From positions 1,120,001 to 1,184,000 of the forward strand of contig CAVUAK010000001.1 of NCBI GenBank assembly GCA_963739455.1: a stretch of 64,000 nt of DNA, read 5' to 3'. Under the pieces are notes generated by a model that was given only the letters and a program-made list of their open reading frames with translations, was not told where the DNA came from and searched no databases. The stretch comes from an uncultured Gemmatimonadales bacterium (GTDB taxonomy: Bacteria; Gemmatimonadota; Gemmatimonadetes; Gemmatimonadales; GWC2-71-9). Positions 63,966 through 64,000 of the stretch are shown in pieces (positions within the stretch are counted from its first letter, which is position 1; each line of letters begins with the position of its first letter). A program made the translations under genes and the position numbers.

Positions 63966-64000
63966 ATGGCGACCTCTGTTCTTGACCATGCAGGCGCAGC
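63966..64000 (+). CDS. Start of the next gene, probably cytochrome c oxidase subunit I
   Basis: ATG with AAAGG RBS directly after coxB; only about 11 codons visible, so the identity rests on gene order. Confidence 0.4.
   Translation, partial: MATSVLDHAGA

Overview
High-GC bacterial DNA; the housekeeping gene content and style suggest Gemmatimonadota (inference). Many genes carry single-base indels, including lon, ispH and coxB, which points to uncorrected long-read errors rather than real pseudogenes. The centrepiece (about 13.7-45 kb, almost all minus strand) is a C1-oxidation island. It contains a lanthanide-type methanol dehydrogenase operon (xoxF-xoxJ-xoxG, pentapeptide-repeat protein, YVTN beta-propeller, secreted JAB-like protein). 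Joined to it is a tetrahydromethanopterin/methylofuran (H4MPT/MYFR) formaldehyde-oxidation pathway (fae, MtdA/MtdC-type mtd, mch, fhcBADC) with cofactor-synthesis genes (mptG, pabAB, orf5/7/9/17/19/20/21/22/Y, PCD). Several atypical genes are embedded in the island: DUF1464, a tandem-EthD lipoprotein, a PTPS-I/III-type enzyme, an SDR and an exported CocE/NonD ester hydrolase. The flanks hold a Ser/Thr kinase, lon (with an in-frame repeat insertion), a diguanylate cyclase, a SelW-like selenoprotein missed by the ORF track (CxxU plus SECIS-like hairpin), pfkA, prolyl oligopeptidase, a DEAH helicase with apparently swapped motifs I/Ia, ispH, greA/groES, a D-Ala-D-Ala dipeptidase and the start of a caa3-type oxidase operon. 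No rRNA, tRNA, CRISPR array or transposase was seen.
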